64,000 bases of DNA from Candidatus Zixiibacteriota bacterium (lineage in GTDB: Bacteria > Zixibacteria > MSB-5A5 > GN15 > FEB-12): positions 66,799-130,798 of the forward strand of contig JAJRSF010000007.1 of the NCBI GenBank assembly GCA_024278935.1, in the 5' to 3' direction. The translations under genes were made by a program, and so were the position numbers. The notes under the pieces were generated by a model. That model was not told the DNA's origin. It ran no database searches and worked only from the letters and a program-made list of their open reading frames with translations. Positions 8,873 to 19,075 of this stretch are shown in pieces (position 1 is the stretch's first letter; each line of letters opens with the position of its first letter).

Positions 8873-10876
8873 CTAAAAGGCATATAATATAGTAAAATGC
8901 CAGCGAGAATCAACATCATATCTATCAGTTTTTATTCTTCTAGCGTAATCAATCCGAATAGGTCCTGCCGGAGAAACAATCTGAAAACCGGTTCCATAAG
9001 CAAAAGCAAACTGGTCGAACTTGATTTCTCGGCTACTTCCGAAACCGTTACCGGCATCAATAAATAAAGACTGCCATTGCGGGAATTTCTTAAATAGATT
9101 ACCAACAAACGGCAAGACATTTAAGAATTGAACCGTTTTCCATCTAAATTCCTGATTTAAAACGATTGAATAGTTTGCCCCAATCGCAACAAAATTGGTA
9201 TCATGTAAAACATTTGCAGAGTCAATTTCAAGCCGTACCGGTCCTAACGAATTTTCAGTATATCCCCTTATCGTGTTGGCTCCACCAAGGTAAAGTTTTT
9301 CATCGATAGGCACTTCAACAGACTTTCCGAACTCTTTTGCAACGCCGCCTTTCATGCGGACAGCAATTATCCATCCCGGCCAGATTTTCTGGTAGGTTGC
9401 CCAAGAAGCTTCTATTTTATAAAAGTTATTATCTCCTCCCAAAAAGCCACCAAAGTATTCTGTTGAAAGTTCTGACAACTGCCCTTTGGTTGGAAGAAAA
9501 ATATTATCACGGCTATCAAGCCTGAAAGTTGAAAAGAGTTTTCGTCGAATAGATATATCTTCAAGCTCTTGCGGAAGGACAATATTGGTATCAAGTTTTA
9601 CATTATTATACTCAAGCCCTGCAGTCGTTCTGATCTCTTCGCCAAACCATTTACTTGTTTTAGCAGAAAACGCCCACTGCTGAATAGTGAAATCACCAAG
9701 TTGAGATTTGAGTGGTGGCTCAATTTCAAATGTCAAGGTCAATGGCATACGTATCCCGAAAGTCCATGGCGTCGTATACCTCAGACTATACCGATGAGTT
9801 ATCAGTCGTGAGTCAGAACCAACTGAGAAGGAATAATCGGCGAAGGCAGAAAACCGATGACCTCCATTTTTAATTTTAAATCGTGTAAAATCTACATTAC
9901 GCTTACCAAAGCCAAAGTTGAGATCCCATTGTAAATCCTTCACTTCTGATTGACCAACACCACTCGCCAATGATAAGAATTTCGATTTTCGTTCTCTATA
10001 TTTTAAGACAAAATCAGGATGAAGTCTATTCCCGGAAATTTCCGATTGAGCAAGCTGTGAAAAAGAAAAATAGCCGGATTCAAAAAGTCTTTTTTGATAA
10101 TCCAAAATTGACTTTCTACTATAGACATCACCTTTTTTTATTTTCAATTCACGCATACCAACATATGCCGGGAAATGGCCTACGGTATCAATTGTAATAT
10201 CACCAAAATGAACAAGTGAATCTGACTGGACAGAAAAAGTTATATCTGCTTTGCCGAATTCTCTGGTTGTATCTATATCGTATGTAATCGTCGAATACGG
10301 GTAGCCATTATTGGCAAGTTCAGTTCTCATATCAAAAATGATTTTAAATATTTCAAGTGGATTAGTAGGATTGTTTTCTTTTAATTTTTCAATTTTCTGT
10401 GTTAATGGCCATCGAAACTTACCATCAAACTCACCTTGTAAAGTATGTTGCCCATAAGAATACTGTGAACCTTCATCAATATTAACCCAAATCATCGCCA
10501 TCGGGATAGAGTCGTTACTTCTTTCTTTTTTCACTTTCTGATATTTCTCAAGCGGCAAAAATGTTTCGCTCACCTGAATATTTAAATACCCTTTAGTCAG
10601 ATACAAATATTTTATCTCAAGAGTGTCACGTCCTAGTGTTTCACGCTGTACTTTCATACGACGGTCTTTTTTTATTTTCCGCCAAAGTGATTGTGTGCGG
10701 GAATACATTCTCCCACGGATTTCAGAGACAGAAAAAGCCTTGTTCCCATTGATAGCTATAGAGTCAATTATCGGTTTATCCCGAAGCCAGCGAAGTTTTG
10801 CCTTGTCAACTGCCAAAGCAGATTGTAAAGAGATTAGAAATGAGAACAATAAAATAAGCAGTACAATCTTTTTCAT
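8873..10876 (-). CDS. tamA: Omp85-family outer-membrane protein (TamA/BamA-like, POTRA + beta-barrel)
   Basis: 667 aa with a signal peptide. GGANTIRGY and a C-terminal ...HFTILYAF barrel end. Its start overlaps the TamB-like stop (TAATG). Confidence 0.75.
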   Translation of the reverse strand: MKKIVLLILLFSFLISLQSALAVDKAKLRWLRDKPIIDSIAINGNKAFSVSEIRGRMYSRTQSLWRKIKKDRRMKVQRETLGRDTLEIKYLYLTKGYLNIQVSETFLPLEKYQKVKKERSNDSIPMAMIWVNIDEGSQYSYGQHTLQGEFDGKFRWPLTQKIEKLKENNPTNPLEIFKIIFDMRTELANNGYPYSTITYDIDTTREFGKADITFSVQSDSLVHFGDITIDTVGHFPAYVGMRELKIKKGDVYSRKSILDYQKRLFESGYFSFSQLAQSEISGNRLHPDFVLKYRERKSKFLSLASGVGQSEVKDLQWDLNFGFGKRNVDFTRFKIKNGGHRFSAFADYSFSVGSDSRLITHRYSLRYTTPWTFGIRMPLTLTFEIEPPLKSQLGDFTIQQWAFSAKTSKWFGEEIRTTAGLEYNNVKLDTNIVLPQELEDISIRRKLFSTFRLDSRDNIFLPTKGQLSELSTEYFGGFLGGDNNFYKIEASWATYQKIWPGWIIAVRMKGGVAKEFGKSVEVPIDEKLYLGGANTIRGYTENSLGPVRLEIDSANVLHDTNFVAIGANYSIVLNQEFRWKTVQFLNVLPFVGNLFKKFPQWQSLFIDAGNGFGSSREIKFDQFAFAYGTGFQIVSPAGPIRIDYARRIKTDRYDVDSRWHFTILYAF

Positions 10877-13800
10877 TAGTATTCCAAATACAGTTTTAAA
10901 TTCAAATGCTGCAAATCATCTTCATCCTTGAGACCTTGTAGAAGAAGCCCTTTTATAATTCGATACTCAAAGCCAACTTCATTTTTCTTCAGTGAGATAT
11001 CTGAACCACCAAAAATATAAAAATCTTTTGCCAAATATTTCCCAAGCGTCACAGTCGTAAGACGCGGGTCATACTGCCCACCTGAATAATGCGGATTGAT
11101 TTCAAAAGTTTCCACGCCTAACTGCTTGGTGCCAATTTGGGAGAACTGTGTTGAAAGCAAATCTGAAATCCGCTCTTCAAATGAGTTGGTCACTTCGGTA
11201 GAACCTCCGCTATAATTTGCCACTAACAGCGGTATAATATTTTCATTAGAATCAAAATCAGAATCTTCAGTCACATTAATAATCGGCTCCTCTAAAGTAC
11301 CTGAAATATGCAGCCCAAGTTTGAGCTGTTCCGATGAGTTATCTTCATCAAATTGATCCTTGGCACCTTTCAGTCTGGTGTAACCGGTAATGTCAAGAGA
11401 TGGGTTAAACTGATCATCACCCTCAAAGATAACAACCCCACCCGGGTCAAGGCGAATAGTTTTGTCAAAGAGATACCCTTTGCCCCGCAAGATTTCCATC
11501 TCACCGGCAAATTTATAAACACCATCAGTTCTTTTTAAATTTATATCGCCGGCAAACTCAGCCTCGATATCTTCATTTTTAATCCAGTAGTTGGCAGGCA
11601 TTTCAATATCAAGATCTAAGTTCCAACTATTCTCTCCTTGTAGTAACAACATAATCGGAGAACCTTGGTCTTCTTCGGCAAAGTTAACTTCATATTTCAT
11701 ATTTGTAATTTCAAGCTTACCTTTTACCAACGGTGGAGTTTCGCCTTCGACAGACATAGACCCTTTTGCCTTGCCTCTAATATCATCAAGTTCATAGATA
11801 AACGGCATAGGGTCAGCAATATCTATTTTAAGATCGTAAAACAGATTATCAAAAGTAAGTACTTCAATGTCACCGGATATATTTGCATGACGTTTATTTT
11901 TTTTCTCAAGAACATAGACATCGATATTATTGATAAGTATTTTCGAGTCCGACATTGTCACACCGGCAGAGTCAGTATAGATTGGCGCTTCTAAATCAAA
12001 ATATTTTAATTGAGCAGGAAGATATTTATCTGCACGATCATCATAGTAATGATTGATATATGCTTCTCCCTGAAGGTGAGGTTTTTTCGGAGTCCCGGAC
12101 AGAATTATGTCAGCAAAGAAGTTGCCCTTAATTTCTTCTACCGATGGAAGGATATGCGAGACTAAATCGAATCGGCTATCAGTAGCATTACATTGTATAC
12201 GCCTAGGTAAATTCGGAAAGCGGTTTATATCGGCAGAACTAAATTCCAGATCAAGATACAAATACCCTTTGGCACTATACTGACCCGGGTTTGAAAACAA
12301 CAGAAGTGAATCTATTGTCAGTTTTTTATTTTCATATTTTACTATAGTCTGCAAATCGCCAAGCAACAACTCTTGATACGAAAGCGAATCGACTTCTCCG
12401 CGTATAACAAATTCAGGGTTTTTAAAACTGCCTTTCAACGCAGCTTCACAAGACAACACTCCCGCAACAGAGAGAGAGTCTTCATACAAATTTTTCCATG
12501 GCTCAATAGGAATATGATTTACAGAAAAAAGCAAATCAAACGACTCATCAAAATTTGTCCGTCCATTAACCGCCAACCATTGATTTTCATATCCGATAGA
12601 TGCTTGCTTAAATTCAAAGCCGAGAGAGTCGACTTCAACTTTTATTTTATTCCGATTATACAAAGTCTGTTTAGCTAAATCCAAATATAGTGAATCAAGT
12701 ATTAAAAGATTCGGCACTGACTCATAGTCAAACTGTCCCTTGGTTGATAAGTGACTGAATTTATTCACGAGTGAAGATGTGTCAATATATACAATGTTAG
12801 AATCTATTGTTAAAAATGTATACCCGGAATCATATGGTATCGCCCATGCAGAACCATTGCTGAAATCAATTTCGACAGTTCCCTGCTTGGCGTGTAAAAA
12901 CTTGTCAACATCGATTGTCGCATACATCGAGTCAGCAAACAAACCGTATATCCATACCGAGTCAGATACAAAATCACCGTTAAGATTCGGGTCTCTCGTT
13001 TCTCCATCAATGATAGCTTCGGCGTAGCCTCTTCCCCCCGGTTGGTCGATAAAAAGTTTCTGCTGATAGCGGTCAAGGTTTTGCAAATCGGCAGTTACTA
13101 AAAGATCCATCTCATCTCTATAGGTCAGATTTCCTTCGACTGTAAATAGGTTTTCAAAATATTGAATTTCAAACGGTTCAACAAATGTTATCGAATCGGT
13201 CGTCACATTAAATTTACCGTGTGCCGCATGGATCGGATAAATATCAAATTGTGATTCAAAAAGTTCAGTTTCAAATTTCAGAAGTAAGTTTTCTTTTTTT
13301 AATGACTCCCCATCCATAACAAGCCAACCACTTAAATTAGAATAAAAAGAATTCTTCACTATATTTTTCAGATTGAATTGTTTGATCTCTGCTTCAAGAT
13401 GATACGTTTTCTGTGGCTTGGTGAAATCCATCAGCCCTTTGCCGTTAACATCACACTCACCGAAAACAGTTCCGAACAAAGTATCTATTTTAAGCATTTT
13501 ATCGGCGAATGAAAATTCGCAATATAAATTCTGCATATCAACAACAGCAAGTTTGCCACCGAGATGTGCCGAGCCTTGTATAAGAGACTTCGAGAAAGCA
13601 ACTTTCCCATTGACATCTAAGACCCCCTTCAGCTTCGGACCAACATACTGAGATATCTTTGCCAGGTCTAAATTATCAACGGCAAAACGAACTTCGCCAT
13701 TTATTTCTTTTACTAAATTTATATTACCATCAATCTTTATTCTCGTATCCGAAGTCACCAGTGCGACATCTTTGAACACCAAATTATTATTATCAAAAGT

Positions 13801-14430
13801 TAATTGTCCACCGGCAGTATTTAGAACTATATCATTTTTATTAGTTGAAAAATTAAACTTCGCTACATCAAAAGCATAAGACTTCTCTTCACTTTTTAAT
13901 TCCAAGGCTAAGAAAATATCTTTCACCGAAATCGTGTCACCTTTATCTAAAAGAGTGATAGACATATTACGAATATCCAAAGAACCTATAGAAAAAGATG
14001 GAAGCTTCAGTAGTGATTTTGGGCTTTTATCTTTCGGTCTGAAATCAGGTATTATCCAATTGTTGGCTGAGTCTCGTATCAAAGTTATCTCGGCAGAATC
14101 AATAATAAGAAAGTCGAGCATATATTTTTTATCCCAAAGATTTGAAAAAGAATATGCCGTTTTTATTTTAGTTATACGTAAGATTTTATACCTGTTTAAA
14201 GAATCATTATAAAATACATCGATATCTTCAAGTTCAAACCCGGAAAGATAACTACCATTGATCTCTTTAATCTCAATATCCAACTGATATTTTTCATCGA
14301 CCAGTGAAGATATTTTATTATTTACAATAGATTCAAGACCGCCAAATTGAAAGACATACAAATACCCCGACAGTGTAAGAACCGCCAATACAGCGACAAG
14401 ATATAAGAGATATTTTAAGACGACTCTCAT
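10876..14430 (-). CDS. tamB: Translocation and assembly module protein TamB-like (AsmA/DUF490 family)
   Basis: 1184 aa. N-terminal membrane anchor, long beta-rich body, TamB-like C-terminal region (...GKYLAKDFYIFGG...LNLKLYLEY). Paired with the Omp85 gene. Confidence 0.7.
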   Translation of the reverse strand: MRVVLKYLLYLVAVLAVLTLSGYLYVFQFGGLESIVNNKISSLVDEKYQLDIEIKEINGSYLSGFELEDIDVFYNDSLNRYKILRITKIKTAYSFSNLWDKKYMLDFLIIDSAEITLIRDSANNWIIPDFRPKDKSPKSLLKLPSFSIGSLDIRNMSITLLDKGDTISVKDIFLALELKSEEKSYAFDVAKFNFSTNKNDIVLNTAGGQLTFDNNNLVFKDVALVTSDTRIKIDGNINLVKEINGEVRFAVDNLDLAKISQYVGPKLKGVLDVNGKVAFSKSLIQGSAHLGGKLAVVDMQNLYCEFSFADKMLKIDTLFGTVFGECDVNGKGLMDFTKPQKTYHLEAEIKQFNLKNIVKNSFYSNLSGWLVMDGESLKKENLLLKFETELFESQFDIYPIHAAHGKFNVTTDSITFVEPFEIQYFENLFTVEGNLTYRDEMDLLVTADLQNLDRYQQKLFIDQPGGRGYAEAIIDGETRDPNLNGDFVSDSVWIYGLFADSMYATIDVDKFLHAKQGTVEIDFSNGSAWAIPYDSGYTFLTIDSNIVYIDTSSLVNKFSHLSTKGQFDYESVPNLLILDSLYLDLAKQTLYNRNKIKVEVDSLGFEFKQASIGYENQWLAVNGRTNFDESFDLLFSVNHIPIEPWKNLYEDSLSVAGVLSCEAALKGSFKNPEFVIRGEVDSLSYQELLLGDLQTIVKYENKKLTIDSLLLFSNPGQYSAKGYLYLDLEFSSADINRFPNLPRRIQCNATDSRFDLVSHILPSVEEIKGNFFADIILSGTPKKPHLQGEAYINHYYDDRADKYLPAQLKYFDLEAPIYTDSAGVTMSDSKILINNIDVYVLEKKNKRHANISGDIEVLTFDNLFYDLKIDIADPMPFIYELDDIRGKAKGSMSVEGETPPLVKGKLEITNMKYEVNFAEEDQGSPIMLLLQGENSWNLDLDIEMPANYWIKNEDIEAEFAGDINLKRTDGVYKFAGEMEILRGKGYLFDKTIRLDPGGVVIFEGDDQFNPSLDITGYTRLKGAKDQFDEDNSSEQLKLGLHISGTLEEPIINVTEDSDFDSNENIIPLLVANYSGGSTEVTNSFEERISDLLSTQFSQIGTKQLGVETFEINPHYSGGQYDPRLTTVTLGKYLAKDFYIFGGSDISLKKNEVGFEYRIIKGLLLQGLKDEDDLQHLNLKLYLEY

Positions 14431-15100
14431 GCTTTTACTTTCACTTTATCAAGAATCTGCAATGCAGAATTATACCCATCACCGGCAGAGCTTCCAAGGT
14501 CATCCACGACACTTTTGACTAACGCTTCTGACGCACCAACATTCAACGCACCCAGTATATGAGAATGAAGTTGCCGTACTCTGTTTTCCATTGTCAAAAA
14601 AGCTACAATAGAAAGTTCTCGTGTAATAAGCGGAAGATTTTCTCTCGACAACACTTTTCCATATCCTTCTAAAATCATCCAATGAAATATTTCGGGAGCA
14701 AACTCTAAAACTCTTTTTTTGAGAAGTTCATATTTTTCGTTATATACTTTCCCGCAAACATCTTCTCCCTTTTTATACCATTCAGAAAGAGAATTCTTCG
14801 ATAAAAAATCAGATTCAGGTAAATCATTTTTTCAACTGGGAGAACTTTTTGTAAAACATCTGCCGCCTGAAGCATTCTTGGAAAGCCTAAAAACAGATAC
14901 GACTGCAAAATCACCTCATATAACTGTTCACGGCTTATCCGAAGTTCTAATGCTTTTGCGATAGCATTTTCGGTTATAATAGCATCATCAAAAGTTATAG
15001 CAGCCGAAAAAAGAGCAAGCATACGATCGCTCATATCAGAAGTCGGATTAAATTGAGAGAGAATTGTTTGAAATTGGGCTTTATCGGCTGAGCTGTTCAT
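14427..15100 (-). pseudogene. Carboxymuconolactone decarboxylase (AhpD-like) family protein, split by a frameshift at a poly-A run
   Basis: ORFs 14705-15175 and 14427-14678 join if the A6 run (plus-strand T6 at 14827-14832) is A7. The joined reading is ...VLPVEKNDLPESDFLSKNSLSEWYKKGEDVCGKVYNEKYELLKKRVLEFAPEIFHWMILEGYG... Likely start is MNSSADKAQ at 15100. Confidence 0.6.
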
Positions 15101-15143
15101 ACCGATAGTAAAAGAAAAATCTAAGCAGTTGGCAACGTAAATT

Positions 15144-16328
15144 TTATCTACGTAACTGTTTAACTGTACTTTCAAGCCCTTTAATCTGTTCTTTAAGAAA
15201 CTGTATCTCTTTTAAAATCGAATCAGCCAATAAGTCAGATTGGGTGCCATGAGGTGATTTTGTTTGGGCATGTGCCTTTTCCAGTGTTCCGACCTTTACA
15301 TCAACAGAATAAATAGCATTATGACGCAGGAAATCAAACCCTATTGTTGTCCCGGGTTCTGTTTTTTGTATGAATGTCGCAAATGCTTGAGGATTATCAA
15401 TAGAGAATTTATTCGCTTGAAACAGGAGATCACCTTTTTTAAATCCCGCCAAATACGCAGGCGAATGCATCGCTACTTTTTCGACAATCAAACCATGTGA
15501 AATTTCAATTCTATTTTTTAGAGAGGCTATTGTGCTTTGCTGCATATTAGGCATCATTTGCACTACGATAGGTGGAGATATTTCAATCTCACGGGTCTGC
15601 AAACCAAGATACCCGGCATAACGATTGCCATTTTCTTTGAGGTAACTAACAATTTCAGGTATCTTATAAGCAGGAATCGCTAAACCAACTTCAGACCTGT
15701 CCCCTATTTGAGCCGTAATGACTCCGAGAAGTTTTCCGTTCATTGAAAACAGACCACCACCATGAGAACTTGGTGTAAAAGATGCCGAAAACTGCATCAT
15801 GCCGTCAGGTCTATAGCCGGCACAAATCCCTAATGCCGATGCTGCCCGAACACCATAGGAATTGCCAATCGCTAATATCATCTGTCCGGCACAACCTGTT
15901 TGTGTCTTGACTTGAATCGGACGACCATACGGTTTATTCATTTTCAAAAGAGCTATACCATTTTGATAATCAATTCCAACAACCCGAGCTGAAACAGATT
16001 TGTCATCCAGACGGATTGAAATATTTGAAAATTTCGAGACGGCTTCAGCAGGTGCTATGAACAATCCGGAAGTATCAATAATCAATCCCGTAGATATCAA
16101 CGAATAGACAGCTTCGTTTTGATTGGGACTGCTGTTGCTCGGATAAATTGGTTACGATGCTTCGACAGTCACAATTGAACGTGCCACATCATATACCAGT
16201 TCATTGAGACCTGTCTCTAAATTAATTAAAGCAGAGTCTTGAGCCGAAACAGCGGTCGAAAAAAAGACCGCCAGAAAAAACATTATACACGTTTTTATGA
16301 CGGTCATTTTAGAGAAGAACTTTATCAT
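15144..16328 (-). pseudogene. HtrA/DegP-like protein (trypsin fold + PDZ + C-terminal coiled coil) lacking a recognisable catalytic triad, with an in-frame TAA at 16152-16154
   Basis: The ATG at 16328 overlaps the anti-sigma stop. Signal peptide MIKFFSKMTVIKTCIMFFLAVFFSTAVSA. Reading through gives ...SIVTVEAS*PIYPSN...LISTGLIIDTSG... PDZ-like segment GLIVEKVAMHSPAYLAGFKKGDLL. Confidence 0.6.
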
Positions 16329-17008
16329 TAGTATTCCTTATGATTCTCCTTTACCGAGTCGATTTGCGGAATAATATACACCCGATAAACAGGGCGAATC
16401 CGATAATATGTCGTCACATAAGGTATTGGTGTTTTCTGTTTAGTATGCACCGATGCTAATGACATATTCTGACCACCGGAAAAAGAACCGGCAGGCATCA
16501 TGTTCCGTGAAATACGGTTGCTTCTTTCAACTCGTGCTAAATGATTGTCAAGCGACCAATTTTTATTCATATTCGGATTATTGGTCGGTTGAGCAGTCAA
16601 ATAAGAATCATCCAGAGAACTCTCTTGATGAGCAAAATTGTCTCGTGTGGTATCCGGGCCGTGTGAGAACAATGAGAAAAGTGTAAATACAACAACAAAT
16701 GCCGATGCTACCGCCGGGACTGCTTTCGACCATACAAACAGAGGAGGTTTCTGTACATGGTACGCTTTACTTCGAGTCTCAGCGAATCGTTCATTGGCAA
16801 TTCTATTTAATAACAGATTATTAAAATCTTTTGATACGTGCAAAGAATCTACTTCTGTCGTTGCTGCAAACATTGTGTTATACAGTGATTCTTCTTTTCG
16901 GCAGAGAGCGCAGGACGAAAGATGCTTATCAACAGCAAGTTTCTTACGACCCTCTAACTCATCATTACAATAAGCCGACAGGTAAGAGCGTACTTTTTGA
17001 CAACGCAT
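16328..17008 (-). CDS. Anti-sigma factor (zf-HC2 N-terminus, single TM)
   Basis: 226 aa. MRCQKVRSYLSAYCNDEL...HLSSCALCRKE zinc-finger anti-sigma motif and a central hydrophobic helix. Directly downstream of the ECF sigma gene. Confidence 0.7.
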   Translation of the reverse strand: MRCQKVRSYLSAYCNDELEGRKKLAVDKHLSSCALCRKEESLYNTMFAATTEVDSLHVSKDFNNLLLNRIANERFAETRSKAYHVQKPPLFVWSKAVPAVASAFVVVFTLFSLFSHGPDTTRDNFAHQESSLDDSYLTAQPTNNPNMNKNWSLDNHLARVERSNRISRNMMPAGSFSGGQNMSLASVHTKQKTPIPYVTTYYRIRPVYRVYIIPQIDSVKENHKEY

Positions 17009-17567
17009 TATGTCTCTCCAGTTTTGGTGATAATTTATCTCTCAGCATCATTCGAGCTCTATTGACTCGTGACTTTACTGTTCCAAGCGGAACCGATAAA
17101 ATCGTTGCGACTTCTTCATATGGAAATTCTTGGATGTCGCGCAACACAAATGCTGTTTTATATTTCTCAGGGAGTTCATCAATTGATGCTTTCAAAATTT
17201 CCGGCAAACGTGACGGAAGTTTCATCTCAACAGCAAATTCTTTTTCATTCCCTTGCATTTCTGATATTTCTAAAAATTTGAATTTCTTTCTCTTGCGTAA
17301 TTCATTCCGTGCTAAATTCAAAGCAATCGTATAAATCCATGTCGAAAAACAATGTTGAAAGTTAAACGATTGACGATGCTGATATACACGGACAAATGTC
17401 TCTTGTACTACATCTTCGGCTTCTTCTGTTGATGACAACATTCTGCCAATAACATTCATGAGACGATCTTTATATCGATCTACCATATCATTAAATGAAA
17501 CCATATCGCCATTTTGGATAGCTCTCATTAAGGTAAAATCAATATCTTTTTCTGTCAGTTTACTCAT
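16965..17567 (-). CDS. rpoE: ECF (RpoE-type) RNA polymerase sigma-70 factor
   Basis: 200 aa. Region 2 (DVVQETFVRVY...FSTWIYTIALN) and region 4 (LPEKYKTAFVLRDIQEFPYEEVATILSVPLGTVKSRVNRAR). Confidence 0.88.
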   Translation of the reverse strand: MSKLTEKDIDFTLMRAIQNGDMVSFNDMVDRYKDRLMNVIGRMLSSTEEAEDVVQETFVRVYQHRQSFNFQHCFSTWIYTIALNLARNELRKRKKFKFLEISEMQGNEKEFAVEMKLPSRLPEILKASIDELPEKYKTAFVLRDIQEFPYEEVATILSVPLGTVKSRVNRARMMLRDKLSPKLERHNALSKSTLLPVGLL

Positions 17568-17765
17568 TAGTCACCTTTGTTAGTCGTTTAATAATAATAC
17601 CATCCAGACCCGATTTAGTTCCAAAAAAACTTGATAAAAAACAACAGCATATTATTACCATTCAATAATTTACCATATTTTCGCTATTTAACAACAAAAA
17701 AACAGCCCCCAAACAACGCCCTCAACACGTATACTCCTACAAGTAAACAACTTAGCTTATATTCC

Positions 17766-17793
17766 TTGACATTTAGGACATTTTCTTTAATAT
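17766..17793 (+). promoter_or_regulatory. Candidate sigma70 promoter for pabB-pabC
   Basis: TTGACA (17766-17771), 16-nt spacer, TAATAT (17788-17793). It sits only about 10 nt upstream of the annotated ATG, so the transcript would have a very short leader or the start is misplaced. Confidence 0.3.
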
Positions 17794-17803
17794 AGAAGCC
17801 ATT

Positions 17804-19075
17804 ATGCATCTACAAACAGATAAAATAGCAGTTCAAAAAGAATATAATGATTCTGACCTCATCAGAGAAAAAGCATCAAATTTCGGCTTTGCATGGTTGG
17901 ACTCATCGATGCAGATAGGCGACAAAGGTCAAAACTCATTTATGATGTCTGAGCCCATCGCTGATATCTATCTGCAAAATCAGCAACTACATCTTGACCA
18001 ATTTTCTGACAAATATCAAATCAACAATTTTGGCTCCAACATTTTCAACCTTATCGAAAATCTGGTTAACAAATATGACCTCTGTGCGGTTGGATATATT
18101 TCATATGAATCAACTCTTGCACAATTCGGAATCAAATCTAATAAGTCAGAAAAAATCCCCTCTATTCGGTTTCTGCTTTATGAAAACCTCAACCAGTTTT
18201 CATCTTCTATTCAAATAGATTCAGACACAACACGCAATAATTTCGAAGACGCACAAATTATAAATCAGATTTCAAGAAGTGACTATATCCAAAAAGTTTT
18301 GACGATAAAAGACCATATCAAAGAGGGTGATATCTACCAAGCGAATTTCACAACCCCGTTTGAAATCGACTCCCCCCTCACTCCATATGAAACATACCTC
18401 CGCCTTCGAAAATTGAACCCATCCCCTTATGCAGCATTTCTAAATTTTGGCGACTACCAAATCCTCTCATCATCACCCGAAAGAATGTTCACTACCGATG
18501 GCACCAAGATTTCTACCTGCCCTATCAAAGGAACTATCGCTCTAGGCAATTCGCCCGACGAACAAAAACAAAACCTCGCGACTCTTTTAGATTCGCATAA
18601 AGACAAAGCTGAACTTCTAATGATTGTCGATCTGATGCGTAACGATATTGGCAAGATAGCCAAAACTGGCACTGTGAAAGTCGAGTCACTTTTCAAACCG
18701 GAAATCTATTCATCGCTGATACATCTTGTCTCGGATATTTCCGCAACTCTCAAAACTGACGTCACATTCAAAGAGATTATCGATGCACTCCTTCCGGGTG
18801 GTTCTATCACAGGAGCGCCGAAGAAAAGAGCGATCGAGATTATCAATAATTTGGAAACAACAGATCGGTTTGTCTACACTGGTTCAATTGGCTATATTAC
18901 CAAAGAGAAAAAAGATTTCAATATTGCAATCCGAACGATGTACCACCAAGACAACAAATATTGCATTCACGCAGGCGGTGGTATTGTCGCCGATTCAAAC
19001 CCTGATGATGAATACAACGAGATGTTTCTCAAAGCGAAAAACTTATTGCAAGCGGTAGGAGTTCAGAATGACTAA
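17804..19075 (+). CDS. pabB: Aminodeoxychorismate synthase component I (chorismate-binding enzyme; PabB/TrpE family)
   Basis: 423 aa. SSPERMF, PIKGT, LMIVDLMRND and GGSITGAPKKRA motifs. Followed by a class IV aminotransferase (PabC-like) gene. Confidence 0.78.
   Translation: MHLQTDKIAVQKEYNDSDLIREKASNFGFAWLDSSMQIGDKGQNSFMMSEPIADIYLQNQQLHLDQFSDKYQINNFGSNIFNLIENLVNKYDLCAVGYISYESTLAQFGIKSNKSEKIPSIRFLLYENLNQFSSSIQIDSDTTRNNFEDAQIINQISRSDYIQKVLTIKDHIKEGDIYQANFTTPFEIDSPLTPYETYLRLRKLNPSPYAAFLNFGDYQILSSSPERMFTTDGTKISTCPIKGTIALGNSPDEQKQNLATLLDSHKDKAELLMIVDLMRNDIGKIAKTGTVKVESLFKPEIYSSLIHLVSDISATLKTDVTFKEIIDALLPGGSITGAPKKRAIEIINNLETTDRFVYTGSIGYITKEKKDFNIAIRTMYHQDNKYCIHAGGGIVADSNPDDEYNEMFLKAKNLLQAVGVQND

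Noticed and set aside
14705-15175. N-terminal extension of the CMD ORF back to 15175, and ORF 14500-14682
   Set aside because: The extension overlaps the 3' end of the HtrA-like gene, and the internal Met at 15100 fits better. ORF 14500-14682 is an alternative frame of the CMD C-terminal half.
16965-17008. Frameshift in the ECF sigma gene, suggested by its 44-nt overlap with the anti-sigma gene
   Set aside because: Region 4 of the sigma factor is complete before the overlap, and the anti-sigma zf-HC2 motif starts right at its ATG. The overlap can be genuine, so there is no need to invoke an error.
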